Of a stretch of DNA of 64,000 bases, positions 59,236-64,000 are shown piece after piece. The number at the start of each line of letters is the position of its first letter. The stretch's first letter is position 1. Both the position numbers and the translations under genes were made by a program. The stretch comes from a virus: the IMG/VR virus record IMGVR_UViG_3300007623_000006, positions 32,001-96,000 of that record. One strand, given 5' to 3'. The notes beneath the pieces are model-generated. The model was not told the DNA's origin, did no database searches, and saw only the letters and a list, made by a program, of their open reading frames with translations.

Positions 59236-62200
59236 TTGAAACTTTTTGATACTTACTTATATAAAGTTAACAATCATTACAATGCTAACAGAGATGTGTA
59301 TGTACATACTCCTGTATATTCTTTCGATGGTCAAGAACCACAAAAACAATCTGCTGATTCACTATATAGAAATGAAATAGAAACTAAACCTAACGGTGTT
59401 AAATACAAATATGAAGATGGTCCATTAGACAGATTTGATATTAACACAAAAACTCCTATTGTAGATACACTTTACAAAAAATCATATGTATTTGATAATA
59501 ACACATTCGGTCTGATTGAAGAATTTGTAAGTCAAAAACCTGATGTAAGACAAAACGGATATATGAAAGAAGTGTCTAGTGGAAAATCAATTCAATTAGA
59601 CCAACACTTATTTGTACCTTACTTAATTGGTTGTTACACTAGAGAATTTATCGAAATTAATAAAACTAAATATGTATCAAATTATGTTGATGATATTGAA
59701 ATTCCAAACTTAGACAGTATCAATGATGAACTGATAATTATTAGTAACTGTAACCTTAGAAAAGGTCAGTTACCTATTAGATACGATATTCAGATACCTA
59801 GACCAAAAGCAGATTATGGTAGAGAAGTAATCACATTTGTAACTACTGATGGAATTGAAGGTGAAGTTCCTTATAGAGTAGTAGATGGCAACTCAACAAT
59901 CAATCCACCAATAAACTACTTAATTGATAATAATATTAAACATATTATAAATGATAAAATAAGACCTACAATAGTAGATAAGTTTAACCTTAGTATAAGT
60001 GATATAGATTTAACAGTTTCAACAGGTAATAATTTTTACAGTGGGTATAGATTTAACCGAAACTATAAACATAAGAATAATACAACAATTAGTAGTGAAC
60101 AATTATCTTACCATAATGCAATAATTAAAGAAAGTGTTACTGATATATTATCTGTAAAAACTGATAATATATTATCTTATTCAAAAGAGTTATTCTTTGA
60201 TACTTATAGAAATCCTATTAATAGTAAATCAACTGAAACTATTTCTTACAATACACAACCATATAAAGGGTTTGACAGTTTATACAATGATGTTAGAGCA
60301 TCTGAAATTGAAAAAGTATATAAACCTGAATATAAGTTAAATGAATATGACTATAGAGATGTAACACACTCAGTTACACAAACTCCTGATTATACTACAT
60401 CTATATTTAGTAAATTAAATCACAATCCTACTGCTAAATATGTGTTTAGTGATGAAATTAAAATATACGATAATTTTAGAAGTATTTTAGAAGCTACTAC
60501 ACACAATCAGTCACTTAGAACTGATACATATGAACAAAATAAAGTTCCATATGTATTTGATAAGTTAAGTGGAACTAATTATGACTTATATGTAAGAGAA
60601 TTACCTACATATATCGAAAAACCATATAGATTTACATTTAACAGATTAGTAGATTACAAGCACTATTCTAACATTGAATCGATAAGTAATATTCTATATA
60701 GTAATAAACCATATAGATTTGACAATATAACAGAAGTATTCTCAGAGTTAGATTTAAGTAGCAAAGATTATCAATTAAGTTATAACCATAGCAAATTAAG
60801 TTCAATTGAAAATACTAATTCTTATACTTATTTTGTATCTGACTCACCTGAGTACTTATATAACCCATATGTATTTGCTGAGCACAAATTATTTGATGTA
60901 AGTGGTTCAAATAATGTAGTTGATAGAACTATATACAAAGCACCAAACAAACCTTACAAAGAGTTTGAACCAAGACTTTCTGATTTTAATGGTGAAAAAA
61001 CAAGATACGAGCAATACACACCTTATTTTAAATTTAACCATAAAGGGTCATTATACATAGACAATGGTTATGTATTACCAAAAGTTGGTGAATACCTAAG
61101 AGAAGAAAAATACACTGGTTTATTATATAATGATAATGGATATGTATTACCAAAAGTTGGCGAATACCTAAGAGAAGAAAAATACACTGGCAATCTTTAT
61201 AGAGGTACAGATTTAGTCCTATATACTCATAGATTAGACAAATACAGTAAAGACCTTATCAAATCTACTGAAACATTAAGATACAATAACCCACTTGACG
61301 ACAAGGCAGTTAGAGAATTACCATTAGGAACATATGAATTAAGATATGAAAATCCACTTGATGATAAATCAGTTAGAGAATTACCATTAGGAACATATGA
61401 ATTAAGATACGATAGTCCACTTGATGATAAAGCAGTTAGAGAATTACCATTAGGTACTGAAACATTAAGTTACCCTAAAGTTTCAAAGATACACCCACCT
61501 TTAGAGATTAACTATACTATTGAGCATATATATAATAATTATCTGACATCATATGATATAACACCTGAAATTAAACTTGATAGTGTATACAAACATATCA
61601 ATTTAACAAGTAATAGAAGTGACTTAGACCCTTCATATAAACTAAGAACTAATAGTACTTATGAAACTGGTAGGTATATATTTGACACAGAATTAAAATA
61701 TCAGTCACATATAACTAGATTACACGAGCCTAAAAGAAATTACTTTCCAGACTTAAATATAGATAAATCTTTACCTAAAAGAGATACATCATCATATGTA
61801 GCAGGGAAGTACCTAGGACCTGTATATAAACATACCAACACACTTTTAGGTAGTGATGTTTATACAAATAATAATCTGTACAAATCAGTATATATTGATT
61901 ATGCTCCAGTAGAAGTAGATTTAACAACACTTAGATACAATAAAAAAGCACCAACAGTTAGTGAAAATTTACCTGAAAGAACAGCTGCTTTATATGTATC
62001 AACTGCATATTTAGACTTAGCATACAAACATAGTTTAGAATTAGACACATCTACTCAATTTAGAGTTGATAATTTATACAAAAACATATACAAACATCCT
62101 CTAAATGATATTTTAGGAATAGATGAGTTTAGATATAACCCTGAAAGTAAAAAATACTATTTAAAAGATATAGTTAGTAGAACATCACTACCTGTAGAAT

Positions 62201-62964
62201 TAGATGTATATTTAAAACAACCTGCAGTATATTTTCCACAATATATGCAAGGTTCAACAGAATACAGAGCATACAATCTTTATAAAAATGTTGACTTAGA
62301 TAGTACAGTATCATCGATTGCAGATTTAAGTGTATTAAGATATAGTAAAGGTTTAACACTAGTAAACAAAGATTTATTTGATAGACATAGTGAACCATAC
62401 TTTATATCAAATTACTTAAAGAGTGCTTATAAACACTCAACATTCTTACCAGCAGAAAAAAAGGTATTCAATCAAGCATACAAAAACTTACCAGTTGAGT
62501 TAACACAATACGCAGTTAAGAGTGAGTTTAGATACCCATCACCTGTTATTGTAAACAAATCATTACCTGAGTTACATAGTAGCGAATACACAGTAAACAA
62601 CTACTTAGCACAAACAGATAAACATCCTTTAAGTATAGTTTCAGATAAAAAATTATATAATACCCCATATCAAAATATCACATTAAGCAGTGGTTTAGAC
62701 TTTAGTAGTGATGTATATGTAAGATACAGTAATAAAGAAATTATTGTAAACAAAGAATTACCATTATTATTCAGTGGTGAGTACAGTGTAGATAATTATT
62801 TAGCACAAATTAGTAAACATCCATTATCTGTTGAATCTAAAGAAAAGATATTACCAACACCATATAAAAATATTACATTTGAAACAGGTCTTGATGTTAC
62901 TCAATTAGGTACATTTAGATATAACCAAGTAGTAGAATTATCAATGATAGTTTACCACAGTTAA
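59236..62964 (+). CDS. Giant Tyr/Pro-rich repeat protein, 5' part (ends prematurely after a frameshift)
   Basis: ORF track; the repeat register is lost at 62923. Confidence 0.75.
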   Translation: MKLFDTYLYKVNNHYNANRDVYVHTPVYSFDGQEPQKQSADSLYRNEIETKPNGVKYKYEDGPLDRFDINTKTPIVDTLYKKSYVFDNNTFGLIEEFVSQKPDVRQNGYMKEVSSGKSIQLDQHLFVPYLIGCYTREFIEINKTKYVSNYVDDIEIPNLDSINDELIIISNCNLRKGQLPIRYDIQIPRPKADYGREVITFVTTDGIEGEVPYRVVDGNSTINPPINYLIDNNIKHIINDKIRPTIVDKFNLSISDIDLTVSTGNNFYSGYRFNRNYKHKNNTTISSEQLSYHNAIIKESVTDILSVKTDNILSYSKELFFDTYRNPINSKSTETISYNTQPYKGFDSLYNDVRASEIEKVYKPEYKLNEYDYRDVTHSVTQTPDYTTSIFSKLNHNPTAKYVFSDEIKIYDNFRSILEATTHNQSLRTDTYEQNKVPYVFDKLSGTNYDLYVRELPTYIEKPYRFTFNRLVDYKHYSNIESISNILYSNKPYRFDNITEVFSELDLSSKDYQLSYNHSKLSSIENTNSYTYFVSDSPEYLYNPYVFAEHKLFDVSGSNNVVDRTIYKAPNKPYKEFEPRLSDFNGEKTRYEQYTPYFKFNHKGSLYIDNGYVLPKVGEYLREEKYTGLLYNDNGYVLPKVGEYLREEKYTGNLYRGTDLVLYTHRLDKYSKDLIKSTETLRYNNPLDDKAVRELPLGTYELRYENPLDDKSVRELPLGTYELRYDSPLDDKAVRELPLGTETLSYPKVSKIHPPLEINYTIEHIYNNYLTSYDITPEIKLDSVYKHINLTSNRSDLDPSYKLRTNSTYETGRYIFDTELKYQSHITRLHEPKRNYFPDLNIDKSLPKRDTSSYVAGKYLGPVYKHTNTLLGSDVYTNNNLYKSVYIDYAPVEVDLTTLRYNKKAPTVSENLPERTAALYVSTAYLDLAYKHSLELDTSTQFRVDNLYKNIYKHPLNDILGIDEFRYNPESKKYYLKDIVSRTSLPVELDVYLKQPAVYFPQYMQGSTEYRAYNLYKNVDLDSTVSSIADLSVLRYSKGLTLVNKDLFDRHSEPYFISNYLKSAYKHSTFLPAEKKVFNQAYKNLPVELTQYAVKSEFRYPSPVIVNKSLPELHSSEYTVNNYLAQTDKHPLSIVSDKKLYNTPYQNITLSSGLDFSSDVYVRYSNKEIIVNKELPLLFSGEYSVDNYLAQISKHPLSVESKEKILPTPYKNITFETGLDVTQLGTFRYNQVVELSMIVYHS
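61060..61191 (+). repeat. 72-bp tandem duplication (DNGYVLPKVGEYLREEKYTG twice)
   Basis: Near-identical DNA copies. Confidence 0.85.
61267..61470 (+). repeat. 63-bp tandem repeat, 3 copies (LRYxxPLDDKAVRELPLGT)
   Basis: Near-identical DNA copies. Confidence 0.85.
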
Positions 62965-64000
62965 GTACAAATGTATATGAAGTTAACAATTACTTAAAAC
63001 AAACTAGTAAACACCCATTATCAGTTAGTGATGATAAAAGAGTATACAATACACCATACAAAAAAATCACTGTAGAGAGTGGTTTAGAGTTATATACAGG
63101 TACATTTAGATACCAACCAAGTAGTAGAATTATCAATGATAGTTTACCACAGTTAAGTACAAATGTATATGAAGTTAACAATTATTTAAGTAGAGTTTCA
63201 GAACATCCGATTGTATTATCTGGTGAACAAAAGATATTCAATACACCATACAGAAAAATTACTGTAGATAGTGGATTACAATTAACAAGTGATAAAACAC
63301 TAAGATATCAACCAAGTAAAAGAATTATTAATGATAGTTTACCACAACTACATAGTACAGAATATACAGTTGATAATTATTTAGCACAAGCAATTAAACA
63401 CCCATTATCAGTTAATGTTGACAAGAAAATATTCAACAAACCTTATTTAAAAGTTGATATATCTGCAGTAGATTTATCACAATTAGGTACATTTAGATAT
63501 CAACCAAGTAAAAGAATTATTAATAATAGTTTACCACAATTACATAGTACAGAATACACGGTTAACAATTACTTAAAACAAACTATTAACCACCCATTAT
63601 CAGTTAATGTTGATAAGAAAATATTCAACAAACCTTATTTAAAAGTTGAAACTGAATTAGATTTAAGCTTTGTTACTGAATTTAGATACCAACCAAGTAC
63701 TAAAATTGTAAACAAAGGTTTACCAAGATTACATAGTAAAGAGTACACAGTTGATAATTATTTAGCAAGTGCATTTAAACATCCAGCTAATATATCAATT
63801 GAAAAACCAAGTAGTTATACTAGATTATATAAAAATATCACAGTTGAAACAGAACTAGTATCAAATATCGGAGAGTTTAGATACGGTAAAGGTTTAACTT
63901 TAGTAAACAAAGACTTATTTGAAAGACATAGCGAACCATACTTTATATCAAATTATTTAGCAAGTGCATACAAACATGATATGTCTGTATCAGTTGAGGC
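62925..64000 (+). CDS. Frameshifted continuation of the giant repeat protein (repeats of about 64 aa), open to the window end
   Basis: No stop codon from 62925 to 64000; continues the FRYQPS..IINDSLP.L....Y.V.NYL....HP repeats at 189-195-bp spacing. Confidence 0.8.

Noticed and set aside
601-63181. The many short antisense and off-frame ORFs in the track (e.g. 601-846, 2559-2918, 28127-28765, 55305-55625, 62990-63181)
   Set aside because: They lie inside well-supported + strand genes, lack SDs, and have the Ser/Ile/Leu-rich shadow composition
61060-64000. CRISPR array or DGR template among the tandem repeats
   Set aside because: The repeats are in-frame coding units without unique spacers; no A-specific variation and no reverse transcriptase were seen
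1-64000. Stop-codon recoding; tRNA/rRNA genes
   Set aside because: Core genes are full length in the standard code, TAG/TGA ends are followed by new SD/starts, and no intergenic gap shows a cloverleaf

Overview
A 64-kb segment of a very AT-rich, large T4-like myovirus genome, read with the standard genetic code; almost all genes are on the + strand. From 0.4 to 7.4 kb is a virion core module: gp18 sheath, gp20 portal, small core protein, gp21 protease, gp22 scaffold and gp23 capsid. From 7.5 to 24.4 kb is a replication and late-transcription module: Dda, dCMP deaminase, a family-B DNA polymerase split in two by a free-standing GIY-YIG homing endonuclease, gp3, gp55, gp47/46, gp33, gp59-like, gp44, an extra AAA ATPase, gp62, a DHH phosphoesterase and gp41. 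From 24.5 kb to the end is a long tail/baseplate/fibre region built from paralogous families: HNL-motif proteins, an array of 5 'A' and 7 'B' paralogues, RCC1-propeller proteins, a beta-helix protein, and a giant repeat protein with a 1-nt frameshift that runs off the window. T4-type late promoters (TATAAATA) precede structural genes, while a fixed-spacing TTAAGT-N10-TATAAT motif precedes early/replication genes. A Campylobacterota host is suggested by inference only. The most notable items are: (1) a stand-alone IscB-type PLMP/RRXRR domain gene preceded by two repeated hairpins and translationally coupled to a fibre operon; (2) a separately promoted 2OG-Fe(II) oxygenase + U32-like Fe-S protein cassette inside the A/B virion-gene array; (3) the polymerase split between its ExoII and ExoIII motifs; (4) apparent window-wide GATC avoidance. 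All calls come from motif recognition by eye; no database searches were run.
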